Below are positions 32,056 through 41,617 of a stretch of DNA of 64,000 nt, one piece after another. The stretch covers positions 64,001 through 128,000 of the forward strand of contig CAVQEQ010000003.1 in assembly GCA_963711565.1 (NCBI GenBank), given 5' to 3'. A model generated the notes under the pieces. It was not told where the DNA came from and searched no databases. It was given only the letters and a program-made list of their open reading frames with translations. The stretch is from an uncultured delta proteobacterium (GTDB taxonomy: Bacteria > Desulfobacterota > Binatia > Binatales > Binataceae). Within the stretch, counting starts at the first letter, position 1; every line of letters starts with the position of its first letter. A program made the translations under genes and the position numbers.

Positions 32056-32850
32056 TCAAGCCTTCGTCGCCTTGATCGAGAAGATCGTCGGAATCGGGTC
32101 GCCTTCGATATGCCACAGCCCGTCGCTGCTCTGCTTCATGAATGGAAAATGCGGGTAGCTGCACTCCGCGAATTCGTGCAGGAACTCGATTCTTAGCCCC
32201 GTCGCCGCCAGCGCACTAACAACGTCGCCGATCCGATACATCCATTCGTGTGTCTCGGAAACTATCTTGCTGTGATCCGAGTAGTCAGGCCCCGGCGGAT
32301 CCTCGCGCATCGCCGTATGGAAGTACGAAATCTCGAACTCGAGCTTGGTCGTCCCCGCGCGATTCGCGCTCATCTGGGTGAGCGGATGAAACTCCGCGAT
32401 GTAGAAGAAGCCGCCCGGTTTGACGAAGCTTGCGGCGACTTGCGCCCATCGCGTGATATCGGGCAGCCAGCACAGCGCGCCGTACAACGTGAAGACGATG
32501 TCGAATTGCTCGCGCAGGACGTTAGGAGCGTCGTAAATGTTCGACTGCACGAATCGCGCAGGAATTTTCAGCTCCGCGCTGATCGAGCGCGCCAGCGCGA
32601 TCGCCTTATCGGAAAAGTCCACGCCGGTTACGTTCGCGCCCAGCCGTGCCCACGACATCGTGTCGAGTCCGAAGTGGCACTGCATGTGCAACAGCGACTT
32701 GCCGCGAACGTCGCCGACCTCGCGCAGCTCGATCGGCTTGAGCACGTTCTCCCCCGCCTTAAACTCCGCCAGCAGATACTCCGGCGACGCCGCGTGATAC
32801 CCGGTCATCAGGTTCCACGCGTCGAGATTGACTTTCAGCCGCTCGTCCAT
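32056..32850 (-). CDS. Class I SAM-dependent methyltransferase
   Basis: LHMQCHFGLDT, TGVDFS, FDIVF, KPGG..YIAEFHP. Confidence 0.9.
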   Translation of the reverse strand: MDERLKVNLDAWNLMTGYHAASPEYLLAEFKAGENVLKPIELREVGDVRGKSLLHMQCHFGLDTMSWARLGANVTGVDFSDKAIALARSISAELKIPARFVQSNIYDAPNVLREQFDIVFTLYGALCWLPDITRWAQVAASFVKPGGFFYIAEFHPLTQMSANRAGTTKLEFEISYFHTAMREDPPGPDYSDHSKIVSETHEWMYRIGDVVSALAATGLRIEFLHEFAECSYPHFPFMKQSSDGLWHIEGDPIPTIFSIKATKA

Positions 32851-32860
32851 CGCAGCGGCT

Positions 32861-33021
32861 CTAGCAGGCTGTTGAAAAAGTAATTTTCAACGCCTGCTCC
32901 CTCTCTCTTGTCTCCCCCAAAGGGGGAGATGTTGTAGGTAGGAAGACAACTGCTACGCAGAGTGTTGAAGCGCTTGAAATCAAATCCACGAGTTGCATCG
33001 AGTTCTTCAACACCCTGCTAG
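32861..33021. mobile_element. IS5/IS1182-like MITE (153 bp) with CTAG direct repeats
   Basis: CTAG|caggctgttgaaaaa ... ttcttcaacaccctg|CTAG; terminal IRs 13/15 identical; no transposase. Confidence 0.8.
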
Positions 33022-33437
33022 GGGCGCTCCTGGCTGTAATCCCACGAGACCGTGTGTGCGGGCTTGAAGCTTACCACCACGACCTTGTTGCCCTTGAGCG
33101 ACTTCGCGTAGGCCTTGCCGAGCTTCTTTCCCAGGTACTCGATCGCCATCCGCTCGGTGCGCTTGTCGTCAACTTTTTCCTCGAGCGTGACGCGTCCCTT
33201 CAGCACCACCGTCTTGTACGGCGCCTTCTTGGTATCGACCACCAGCGTGACGCGCGGGTCGCGCACCAGGCACTTGTATTTAAACGCCTCGGCCGCCGTG
33301 TGGAACACGATCTGGCCGTCGGCATACTCGTACCAGGTCGGCACTGCGTGCGGCGCGCCGTCGGGCGCGGTGACGGCGACGACCGCGACGATCGGCTTCT
33401 TGAGCAGCTTCTCGATATCTTTTTTCTTCATCGGCAT
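33018..33437 (-). CDS. PPOX-class (pyridoxamine 5'-phosphate oxidase-like) F420/FMN oxidoreductase
   Basis: PDGAPHAVPTWY, KYKCLVRDPRVTLVVD, SWDY. Confidence 0.85.
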   Translation of the reverse strand: MPMKKKDIEKLLKKPIVAVVAVTAPDGAPHAVPTWYEYADGQIVFHTAAEAFKYKCLVRDPRVTLVVDTKKAPYKTVVLKGRVTLEEKVDDKRTERMAIEYLGKKLGKAYAKSLKGNKVVVVSFKPAHTVSWDYSQERP

Positions 33438-33471
33438 GGGGACGACGGCTCCTGTGGCGGGTGTGGCAAGA

Positions 33472-34272
33472 TCACTTGCCCTTGAAATTCGGTTTTTGTT
33501 TTTCGCGGAACGCGCGGATACCTTCGCGCACGTCCTCGGAAGGATTGGTGATCATCACGTTGAGCGCGGCGTCCTCGAGCGCATTCTCGAGCGTCATCTC
33601 GCGCTGCTTGTACATCATGCGCTTGGCCAGCCTGATTGCCAGGGGCGGTCCGTCCGCGAGCCGCCGCGCGAAGTCGTTCGTGCGCGCTTCGAGCTCCGCA
33701 TGCGGCACCACTTCGGTCACCAGCCCGAGTTCGAGCGCCGTCTTCGCATCATAGACTTCCGACAGCAGCGTCATCTTGAGCGCGCGATCCAGTCCCATGA
33801 AGCGCGGGAACAGGTACGCTCCCCCTTCGTCGCAGAGCAGCGCGAACTTAAGGGCAGTGTCTCCCAGCCGAGCCTGATCCGACGCAATTCTGAAATCGCA
33901 CGAGAGCGCCAGCGTGAGACCGCCCGCGACCGCCGCGCCGTTAATCGCCGCGATGACAGGCTTGTCGAACCGATGCAACGAAATCACGAGCTGATGGAAC
34001 CCTTCGCGCATTTCGAGCATGTGGCCCATCGGATGCCCATGGAACCGCGAGCGGCTCTCGGGCGCGCCGCTGATATCGCCGCCGGCGCAGAACGCACGTC
34101 CGCTGCCCGTGACGATCAGCACGCGCACGTCGTCGGCCTGCCGCGCGAGATCGATCGCCGCACACATCTCCTTGACCATCGTGTCGTTGTAGCCGTTCAT
34201 CCGCTCGGCGCGGTTGATGGTGATTTTCGCGATACCATCGCGCGAACCGTAGATGATTGTCTTGAAGTCCAT
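33472..34272 (-). CDS. Enoyl-CoA hydratase/isomerase family
   Basis: GRAFCAGGD, KPVIAAING, EGIRAFREK..PNFKGK. Confidence 0.92.
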   Translation of the reverse strand: MDFKTIIYGSRDGIAKITINRAERMNGYNDTMVKEMCAAIDLARQADDVRVLIVTGSGRAFCAGGDISGAPESRSRFHGHPMGHMLEMREGFHQLVISLHRFDKPVIAAINGAAVAGGLTLALSCDFRIASDQARLGDTALKFALLCDEGGAYLFPRFMGLDRALKMTLLSEVYDAKTALELGLVTEVVPHAELEARTNDFARRLADGPPLAIRLAKRMMYKQREMTLENALEDAALNVMITNPSEDVREGIRAFREKQKPNFKGK

Positions 34273-34297
34273 CGTCAGTGACCTCTTTTTTTTCTTG

Positions 34298-34440
34298 TGT
34301 CATTCAGAGCGAAGGCTGCCGTAGCGAAGAATCCCGGATCCGGTTCCTTCGCTTCGCTCCCGATGACAGAGAGACTAAAGCTCGACTCGTCCCCGCCCGA
34401 TTGTTCCCCTTCCCTCGAGGGAAGGGGTTAGCGGTTAGGT
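34298..34440. repeat. Two adjacent REP-like palindromes
   Basis: tgtcattcagagcgaa...ttcgctcccgatgaca and ccccttccctcgagggaagggg. Confidence 0.6.
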
Positions 34441-34451
34441 TGCAGAGACCC

Positions 34452-35261
34452 TTATCTCCCCTTAAACGTCGGCGCCCTCTTCTCCAAAAACGCCTTCACC
34501 GCCTCGCGATGGTCCTCGGTGCGGCCGGTCATCGTCTGGCCCCACGCCTCGCGATCGAGCAGCTCGTTGAATTCGTGATTCAGCGACGCGTTCAGATTCG
34601 CCTTCATGTACGAGTACGCAATCGTCGGACCGTTCGCGATCCTCGACGCGATGGCATGCACTTCGTCGCGGAACGACGCAGCGGGCACGACCCGATTTGC
34701 GAGACCAATGCGCAGCGCCTCGTCGGCGCCGATTACGTCGGCCAGGAAATACAGCTCGCGCGCCTTGGCCGATCCCACCAGATGGGTCAGCGACCAGGTG
34801 CCGCCGTAGTCGCCCGAGAAGCCGACCTTGGCGAACGCGGTGCCGAAGCGCGCCGCGTCGGATGCGATCCTGATATCGCACGCCATCGCCAGGCTCAGGC
34901 CGGCGCTGGCGGCCGGGCCATTCACCGCCGCGATCGTCACCTTCGCCATCTCGTGCAGCAGAAACGACGCTTCTTCGCCGCGACGCAGTCCCGCGACGCG
35001 ATCCTCAAGCGTCTGCGTCGCACCTTCACCGGCGCCTCCGCCCTCGTTGCGCGCGCGCATCCCGCCGATATCTCCGCCCGAGCAGAATCCGCGCCCCGCT
35101 CCCGTCAGCACGACGGCGCCGATTTCGGGATTGGTCGCGGCGCGCGACAGGTTGTCCACCAGCCCGCCCATCATCTCGGCGCTCATCGCATTGAGCTTGT
35201 CGGGCCGATTCAGCGTCAGGTACAGCACGCGGTCTTTAACTTCGGTCAGCAGGTCTGCCAT
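34452..35261 (-). CDS. Enoyl-CoA hydratase/isomerase family
   Basis: LNRPDKLNA, GFCSGGD, EAVKAFLEKRAPTFKGR. Confidence 0.92.
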   Translation of the reverse strand: MADLLTEVKDRVLYLTLNRPDKLNAMSAEMMGGLVDNLSRAATNPEIGAVVLTGAGRGFCSGGDIGGMRARNEGGGAGEGATQTLEDRVAGLRRGEEASFLLHEMAKVTIAAVNGPAASAGLSLAMACDIRIASDAARFGTAFAKVGFSGDYGGTWSLTHLVGSAKARELYFLADVIGADEALRIGLANRVVPAASFRDEVHAIASRIANGPTIAYSYMKANLNASLNHEFNELLDREAWGQTMTGRTEDHREAVKAFLEKRAPTFKGR

Positions 35262-35296
35262 TTTGGGCCTCCAAAATTCCGGGTTCGACTCTGGTA

Positions 35297-36163
35297 CTAC
35301 TTCACGTCCGCTATTCTGTCGAGTGCCGCCGCGACCGCCTGTGTGCCGTCCAGGTCATGGCCGAGGGCGGCCGACGCATTGAACATCGAGGCCATCAGCG
35401 AAAGTCCCGGCAGCGCGAGCCTCGATTCGCGGGCGGCTTCGACCACCAGCCGCAGGTCTTTGCGAATAAGCTTGACGAAAAACCCCGGCCGATAATCGCC
35501 GGCTATAATTTTGGGGCCGAGATTCGACAACTGCCACGATCCAGCCGCGCCGGCGCCGATAGCCTCGATCACTCGCGACGCGTCGAGCCCGCCGGCCTTG
35601 GCAAACTTGATCGCCTCAGCCGCCGCTTCGAGATTGACCGCGACTGCGATCTGATTGGCGAGCTTGGTCATCTGGCCCGCGCCCGACGCGCCCATGTGAG
35701 TGACCCTTTTTCCCATCAGTTCGAACAGCGGCCGCGCCCGCTCGAACGCGGACGCATCTCCGCCAACCATGATCGCGAGCGTACCCTCGCGAGCGCCGAT
35801 GTCGCCGCCCGACACCGGCGCATCGAGATAGTTGACGCCGGCCGCCTTCAACCGTGCGGCGACCCCGCGCTCGGCGACCGGCGCTATCGTGCTCATGTCG
35901 ATCACGAGTTGTCCCGCCTTGAGCGCGGGCTCGATCTTGGCGACGGTCGCCTCAACGTCAGGCGTGTCGGGCACCATGATGAAGACGACGTCCGCGCCCG
36001 CGATGCAGGCGACGGCGTCCGCGGCAAAAGTCGCGCCGTCGGCAACCATCACGCGCGCCTTCTCGGGCGAGCGATTGAAGACGCGCACGCGATGCCCCCC
36101 GCCGATCAGCCGCCGCGCCATCGGCGCGCCCATTATTCCCGTTCCAATCCATCCGATTTCCAT
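35297..36163 (-). CDS. 3-hydroxyisobutyrate/tartronate-semialdehyde reductase-family dehydrogenase
   Basis: IGTGIMGAPMA, DAPVSGG, KLANQ, KDL. Confidence 0.9.
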   Translation of the reverse strand: MEIGWIGTGIMGAPMARRLIGGGHRVRVFNRSPEKARVMVADGATFAADAVACIAGADVVFIMVPDTPDVEATVAKIEPALKAGQLVIDMSTIAPVAERGVAARLKAAGVNYLDAPVSGGDIGAREGTLAIMVGGDASAFERARPLFELMGKRVTHMGASGAGQMTKLANQIAVAVNLEAAAEAIKFAKAGGLDASRVIEAIGAGAAGSWQLSNLGPKIIAGDYRPGFFVKLIRKDLRLVVEAARESRLALPGLSLMASMFNASAALGHDLDGTQAVAAALDRIADVK

Positions 36164-36213
36164 AAGTCCCTCCCAGCGCCTAAATGATATGAGACTTCTA
36201 TTTTCTTATCACT

Positions 36214-36292
36214 GGGTGCAGGCGTCACCCGGGGTCACCCCCCGCGACGGTGTCGATGCCGAAGGAAGCGTGAAACCCACCGCGGGTTTCAC
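36214..36292. repeat. Palindromic repeat family R1, copy 3 (diverged, internally expanded)
   Basis: gggtgcagg...tgccgaaggaagcgtgaaacccaccgcgggtttcac. Confidence 0.8.
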
Positions 36293-36466
36293 TAAAATCA
36301 AATTCCCATGACGCTCGAACTCGCGCGCAACTCGATCGAATCGGGCAAAAGTGCCCGAAATCCAGTTTTATTGGTTCTGTCAGTAACAATAATGTTGACA
36401 GTTTGTTATCATAGTGTGGTCAGACAGTCAGCTTCGCGCTAAGACACGTTTGGGAGAAACGGGAAA

Positions 36467-36649
36467 CTGCTACGAATCAGACATAGCGCCGCCGCACTCT
36501 GCTACGGCTTTGCGTGGCTCTCGATGGTCGCGCTGATTGCGATGATCACGATCGCCGAAGCACTTCAGGGCGACTCCGCGGTCGACGCCGACTCCTACGA
36601 CGCCGATACCTTCGAGCATCTGAATATAGCCCGCCGAATACCCCGCTAA
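36467..36649 (+). CDS. Possible small single-helix membrane protein (60 aa, CTG start; alternative ATG 36524)
   Basis: (M)LRIRHSAAALCYGFAWLSMVALIAMITIAEALQGDSAVDADSYDADTFEHLNIARRIPR; GGAG upstream; fills the gap behind an AT-rich promoter region. Confidence 0.4.
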   Translation: MLRIRHSAAALCYGFAWLSMVALIAMITIAEALQGDSAVDADSYDADTFEHLNIARRIPR

Positions 36650-37578
36650 CGCTGTCCAATCCAATCGGAAGGCGCGACCGAACGCCATCGCGCGCGAATC
36701 GCTTCATACTCCGCGGGCGGCAACGGGCCTGCGCTCGCGTGCGCGATATTCTGCGCGATTCGTTCTGGCCGCGTGGTGCCGACGATCGCGGTGGTCACGC
36801 CTGCCGTGCCCAGCGTGAATCGCAGCGCGACCGCGACCGCGTCCTCGACGCCGCGATGGAGAAAATCGTAGTCGAGCTTCCGCAGTCGATCCCAATATGG
36901 CCGAGTGTACCAGTCGCTCGGAGGCTGTTTGCCGTGACGCCAGGCCGCGTTGGCGATCGGCCGCTTGACGATCACGCCCATACCGCCCGCGGCCGTCTTG
37001 GGCAGTACGCGATCGATTGCTTCCTGGTCCGCGATGCTCACGGAGATCTGCAGAGTGTCGAACGCGCCGGTTTCGACCGCGTACACGGCGTCGTCGGAAT
37101 CGACGCTGCATCCGACGAAGCGCGCCTGTCCGCGTTCGCGCGCTTTGTGCAGGACCTCGATCACGCGGCCATCCTTCAGAGTCGCGAGCGGAGGGCTGTG
37201 AAACTGCATCACGTCAACGTGGTCGGTGCGCAGATTTTTGAGACTGCGTTCGATACTCCGCGCTAGCATCGCGGGGTCCCAATCCGGCTGCGCATAACCG
37301 GCGGCGCGCTCGGACGCGGACCCAAGCGGCGCATGCCCGCATTTCGTCATGAGGACAACCTCGGCGCGCCGTTTTGCGATCGCGTGGCCGATCAGAGCCT
37401 CGCCCTCGGCATAGCACTCAGCGGTATCGATCACGTTGATACCGGCGTCGAGCGCGGTATTCAGAATCTTATCGACGGTCTTCTGCGCGACCGCCTGGTA
37501 GCCGACCTCAGACCCGCCGAATCCAAGAGTGCTCACCCGGAGCCCGGTCTTTCCCAGCACGCGATATTCGATTGCCAT
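36646..37578 (-). CDS. Aldo/keto reductase
   Basis: LGKTGLRVS, IDTAECY, SLKNLRTDHVD, GVIVKRP. Confidence 0.92.
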   Translation of the reverse strand: MAIEYRVLGKTGLRVSTLGFGGSEVGYQAVAQKTVDKILNTALDAGINVIDTAECYAEGEALIGHAIAKRRAEVVLMTKCGHAPLGSASERAAGYAQPDWDPAMLARSIERSLKNLRTDHVDVMQFHSPPLATLKDGRVIEVLHKARERGQARFVGCSVDSDDAVYAVETGAFDTLQISVSIADQEAIDRVLPKTAAGGMGVIVKRPIANAAWRHGKQPPSDWYTRPYWDRLRKLDYDFLHRGVEDAVAVALRFTLGTAGVTTAIVGTTRPERIAQNIAHASAGPLPPAEYEAIRARWRSVAPSDWIGQR

Positions 37579-37630
37579 AAGTCTGGAAGCCTATGGGGAG
37601 CGAACGAGCGAGGCAAAGATGGTGGAAGCG

Positions 37631-38344
37631 CTAGGCAGAGCGATCGAGCTTGGCGCGCAGGCGCGACGCAAGGTCGGGCGCCGAGGTCTCATGCTTGAAA
37701 TAGACGAAGACTTCGCCAGCGCCCGTAGCGAGGCGATCGAGATTTTTCACCCACACATCCAGGCCAGCATCGTCGTAGGCCTCCTTGCGGAGGCGGACAT
37801 AAACGTGCGGCGCAGTTCGCTCGAGCGGTGACGCGAGTTTCTCGGTTTCCGCGATACATACCGCGGCGCCGCTGTCGGCGAGCGCGGTCATCACCGATTT
37901 GTCGAACCAGCTTTTGTTTCTGAACTCGAAGGCGGCTCGAATCCTGCCTTTCAGAATTGCGAGAAAATCGCGCAACAGCGGGAGATCGAGCTTCAGGTCG
38001 GGCGGTAGCTGGAACAGCGCGGGTGCGAGGCGCTCGCCCATGACAGATGCGCGCTCGATGAATGTTTCGGTGGTCTCTTTGACGTCGCGCAGCTTGGCGA
38101 AATGCGTGATGCGTTGCGGGGCCTTCAGTGCGAAGCGAAAATTCGACGGGGTGCGCGAGGCCCACCCTTCCAGCATTGCGGACTTCGGCATCGCGCGGAA
38201 CGTGTAGTTGATCTCGACGGTCGGCATCCGCTCGGCGTAGTACTCGAGCATTTTGGCGCCGGGGAGTTTCTCGGGATAAAAGCCGCCGAGCCATTCCTTG
38301 TACGAAAAGCCCGACGTGCCAATCAGGATTTTCGCCTTCGCCAT
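37631..38344 (-). CDS. DUF72 (YecE-like) protein
   Basis: IGTSGFSY, TVEINYTF, KAPQRITH, LFQLPP, YVRLR. Confidence 0.9.
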   Translation of the reverse strand: MAKAKILIGTSGFSYKEWLGGFYPEKLPGAKMLEYYAERMPTVEINYTFRAMPKSAMLEGWASRTPSNFRFALKAPQRITHFAKLRDVKETTETFIERASVMGERLAPALFQLPPDLKLDLPLLRDFLAILKGRIRAAFEFRNKSWFDKSVMTALADSGAAVCIAETEKLASPLERTAPHVYVRLRKEAYDDAGLDVWVKNLDRLATGAGEVFVYFKHETSAPDLASRLRAKLDRSA

Positions 38345-38361
38345 CGCAAATGCGCCGGCCG

Positions 38362-40929
38362 TTAGCCCTTGAGCGTTGCCTGCAGATTTTTGCCTTCGCG
38401 TTTGCGGAAGCCCACTGCGACGCTCAGGCGCTCGAGGTGCTGATCGATTATTTTGCCGCCGAGCCGCACGCGATGCTCGCCGAAGAATTTCTTGATCTCG
38501 TCCTCGCGATCGAGCAACGCGACGACGGCCTCGCACATTCGCGGCAGCGCGTTGTCGGGATATTTTTGAATCATCTCTTCCCAATGCGCGCGCGCGAAGT
38601 CCCACGCCTCGTATCGGCACGCGGGGTTGAGCAGCAACGAATGCATCAGGTACGGCGAATTCTGCGTGCGGACCTGCCCGTCGAGCGTCATCTCCATGGT
38701 TTTTTTCAGAAGATCGAGATCACGGAAATTTGCCAGCGCGAACAGGAAGCGTTGCTCTTCCTGCGGCGTGCGCGGCGCTTTGAACTTTTTCTTGAACTCG
38801 TCGTAGCGCGCGTCGTCGCCCGAATAGGCCAGGATATTCACCAGTGCGGGCATCAGGTCGCGATCCGCGGAATTGGGATTGTCCTCGAAGCGCGCATAAA
38901 GTTCTCGCGCACGCCGGTGCACCCCGGGATCGTCGCCCAACGTGCCGAGAACGCCGATGAGAGTGCCGCGTAACTGGCGCACTAGCTCGCTCTCGCCACT
39001 CTTTGGCTCCCAGCCGAGCCGCGCGGCGGCGGGACCGACGATCTCGCGCACAGTGAGTGCGATCGTGGGCCGGTCCGCATCCGACGCGATCATGTCGAGG
39101 TACGCGAACGCGCCGATCAACGCGCGCCACACGTTGATGTCGGTCTCGCTGGTGAACAGACGCGCCATCTTGAGGAACTCGCTCAGCGGGCCAAGTCCGG
39201 CGACAGTCGCCGCCCACGTATCGCTCACCAGACCGAAGCGCTCGATTGGCTGGAGCGCGCTGAGATTTTTCGTGATCGCCTCGAGCAGCGCAGGTGCATA
39301 GTGCACGCGATAAAAACCGTGGCCGCCCTCATTGAGCAGCGCCCATTCGAGCTTGCCAGGCAAATCGACGGTCGTCTCTTTCGCGGTGAGCAGCACCTTA
39401 TGCGTCGAGACGCCCTTGTCGGTCTTTGCACGAACCATCACGGGCACATGCCAAAGCTGGTCGTTGTCCTCGGCGAGATAGAAGAAGCGGCGCTGCGAGA
39501 GCTTGAGTCCGCGCCCGTCGGCGCTCAGCGCCGCGTCGATGATCGGAAAGCCGGGCTGGAAGATCCACGAGTCCATCATCTTGCGCACGGGCTCGTGTGA
39601 CGCCGCCTCGAGCGCGTCCCACAGGTCGCTGGTCTCGGTGTTGTTGAACTGATGCTTCTTTAGATAGAGGCGAATGCCGTCGCGAAAAACGTTAGCGCTC
39701 AGAAACTGCTCGAGCATCCGCAGCACCGCCGCGCCTTTCTCGTACGTCAGGATGTCGAACATCGCGCGGCAGTCTTCGGGACTGCGCACCGTGAATTCGA
39801 TCGGACGCGTGCTGCGCAGGCCATCAATCGACATCGCGGCGGCGCGCGAGACGCTGAAGCTCTCCCATCGCTTCCACTCCGGCTTCCACGCGTCAACCGC
39901 AAGCATCTCCATGAAGGTGGCGAACGCCTCGTTGAGCCAGATGCCGTTCCACCATCGCATGGTGACGAGATCGCCGAACCACATGTGCGCGTTTTCGTGC
40001 GAGACGACGTCGGCGACGCGCTCGAGCTCGGCGCGCGACGCGGATTTTTCGTCGGCGAGCAGCGCGGTCTCGCGAAACGTGATCGCGCCGAGGTTTTCCA
40101 TCGCGCCCGATGCGAAGTCGGGAATCGCGATCAAATCCAGCTTGTCGCCGGGATACTTGAGGCCGTAGTAGTCGGCAAAATACTTGAGCGAGAACGCGCC
40201 AATCTGTTTGGCCCAAATTGTCAGCGACTCCTTGCCGGGAACGTGAACGATACGCAGCGGCGTGCCCGCATCGACCGGCGCGGTCGCGTCGAACTCGCCG
40301 ACGATGAACGCGACCAGGTAGGTGGACATCGCGATCGTCTCCTTGAAGACGACCTCCTTCTTGCCCCCGGCCAGCTTGCGCTCGCTCTCCTGCCCGCCGT
40401 TCGATATGGCGGCGAGGTGCTCATCGACGACCAGCGTCACCCTGTAACTCGCCTTTAGCTCCGGCTCGTCCCAGCATGGAAACGCGCGGCGCGCGTCGGT
40501 GGATTCGAACTGCGTCGTCGCGGCGACGTGAGTCTTGCCGGAAGCGTCCTGGTACTGGCTGCGATAGAAGCCGTGCAGCTTGTCGTTCAGGATTCCGCGA
40601 AACGCAATCTTCAGCGTCCATTCGCCCGGCGAAAGTTTCTCGGCGAACCGAAGATGCGCGCGTTCCTTGGCCGTCTCCAGCTCAGCCTTTGCGGCGACGG
40701 ATTTGCCGGCGCGTTCAGCCGTCACCTTGTCGATCTCGAGCTCGAGCGCGTTGAGCACGACGGCGTCGGTCGCATCGTTGACGACGACCGCGATATTCAC
40801 ATCGCCCTGAAAGGTGAAGGCCTTGAGATCGGGCGTCAGCCGAATGTCGTAGCGCTTGGGCGTGACGTTTTTCGGCAGGCGATAATCCTGCGTGGTGTCA
40901 GCGAGTGGAGCTCCATCCTGGTCGCGCAT
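38362..40929 (-). CDS. pepN: M1-family aminopeptidase (puromycin-sensitive type)
   Basis: TQFE, ARRAFPCWDEP, GAMENLG, HENAHMWFG, WLNEAFA, YEKG. Confidence 0.93.
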   Translation of the reverse strand: MRDQDGAPLADTTQDYRLPKNVTPKRYDIRLTPDLKAFTFQGDVNIAVVVNDATDAVVLNALELEIDKVTAERAGKSVAAKAELETAKERAHLRFAEKLSPGEWTLKIAFRGILNDKLHGFYRSQYQDASGKTHVAATTQFESTDARRAFPCWDEPELKASYRVTLVVDEHLAAISNGGQESERKLAGGKKEVVFKETIAMSTYLVAFIVGEFDATAPVDAGTPLRIVHVPGKESLTIWAKQIGAFSLKYFADYYGLKYPGDKLDLIAIPDFASGAMENLGAITFRETALLADEKSASRAELERVADVVSHENAHMWFGDLVTMRWWNGIWLNEAFATFMEMLAVDAWKPEWKRWESFSVSRAAAMSIDGLRSTRPIEFTVRSPEDCRAMFDILTYEKGAAVLRMLEQFLSANVFRDGIRLYLKKHQFNNTETSDLWDALEAASHEPVRKMMDSWIFQPGFPIIDAALSADGRGLKLSQRRFFYLAEDNDQLWHVPVMVRAKTDKGVSTHKVLLTAKETTVDLPGKLEWALLNEGGHGFYRVHYAPALLEAITKNLSALQPIERFGLVSDTWAATVAGLGPLSEFLKMARLFTSETDINVWRALIGAFAYLDMIASDADRPTIALTVREIVGPAAARLGWEPKSGESELVRQLRGTLIGVLGTLGDDPGVHRRARELYARFEDNPNSADRDLMPALVNILAYSGDDARYDEFKKKFKAPRTPQEEQRFLFALANFRDLDLLKKTMEMTLDGQVRTQNSPYLMHSLLLNPACRYEAWDFARAHWEEMIQKYPDNALPRMCEAVVALLDREDEIKKFFGEHRVRLGGKIIDQHLERLSVAVGFRKREGKNLQATLKG

Positions 40930-41038
40930 CTGGTCTCTCTTCCTTATAAATGCGGTCGAGTGTGAAAAATAAAATTGCGCGGGACAGTTATCCCGCATGC
41001 GTTTAGCCTAGTTCAAACCGGGTCTGCGCGCGAGCAAT

Positions 41039-41554
41039 TCATTCGCCGGCGAGGCGCAGCGGCCGCTCCATCCACACGACGTCCCAGTAGCGGTCGAACT
41101 TGCGGCCGCATTCGGTGAAGACGCCTACCTCGGTGAAGCCGAACTTGCGATGCAGCGCGATCGAGGCCTCGTTCGGAAGCGTGATGCCGGCGAGAACGCG
41201 GTTGATGTCCTCGTCTTTAAGCGCGTCGAGCAACACGCGATACATCATCGCGCCGATTCCACGCTCCTTGGCATCATTCGCGCAGTAAATCGACGTTTCG
41301 ACGCTGGTGTCATACGCCGCGCGGTCGCGGAACGGTCCGGTGCCCGCCCAGCCGACGACGAGGCAACCGTCCTCCGCGACGAAGAGCTGATGTCGGCGTC
41401 CGCCGGTATGCTCGTCGAACCATCGCGCACGCTGCTCGACCGTCTGCGGCTCCAGGTCGAACGTGATGGGCGTGTTGATTACATAGTAGTTGTAGATTTC
41501 GGTGAGGCGCGGCAGGTCGTCGCGGGTCGCGGGCCGAATCTTTACGTCCGCCAT
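41039..41554 (-). CDS. GNAT N-acetyltransferase (phosphinothricin acetyltransferase-like)
   Basis: EIYNYYV, PNEASIALHRKFGF, GRKFDRYWD. Confidence 0.88.
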   Translation of the reverse strand: MADVKIRPATRDDLPRLTEIYNYYVINTPITFDLEPQTVEQRARWFDEHTGGRRHQLFVAEDGCLVVGWAGTGPFRDRAAYDTSVETSIYCANDAKERGIGAMMYRVLLDALKDEDINRVLAGITLPNEASIALHRKFGFTEVGVFTECGRKFDRYWDVVWMERPLRLAGE

Positions 41555-41617
41555 GAAGGTCGTCTCCAGGTCGCGAAGTTTCGTCGATTCACAGGCAACG
41601 CGAGATTCAAAGTTGAA

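Noticed and set aside
30599-32136. Prophage or integron explanation for the TA region
   Set aside because: No integrase, attC-like palindromes or phage genes in the window
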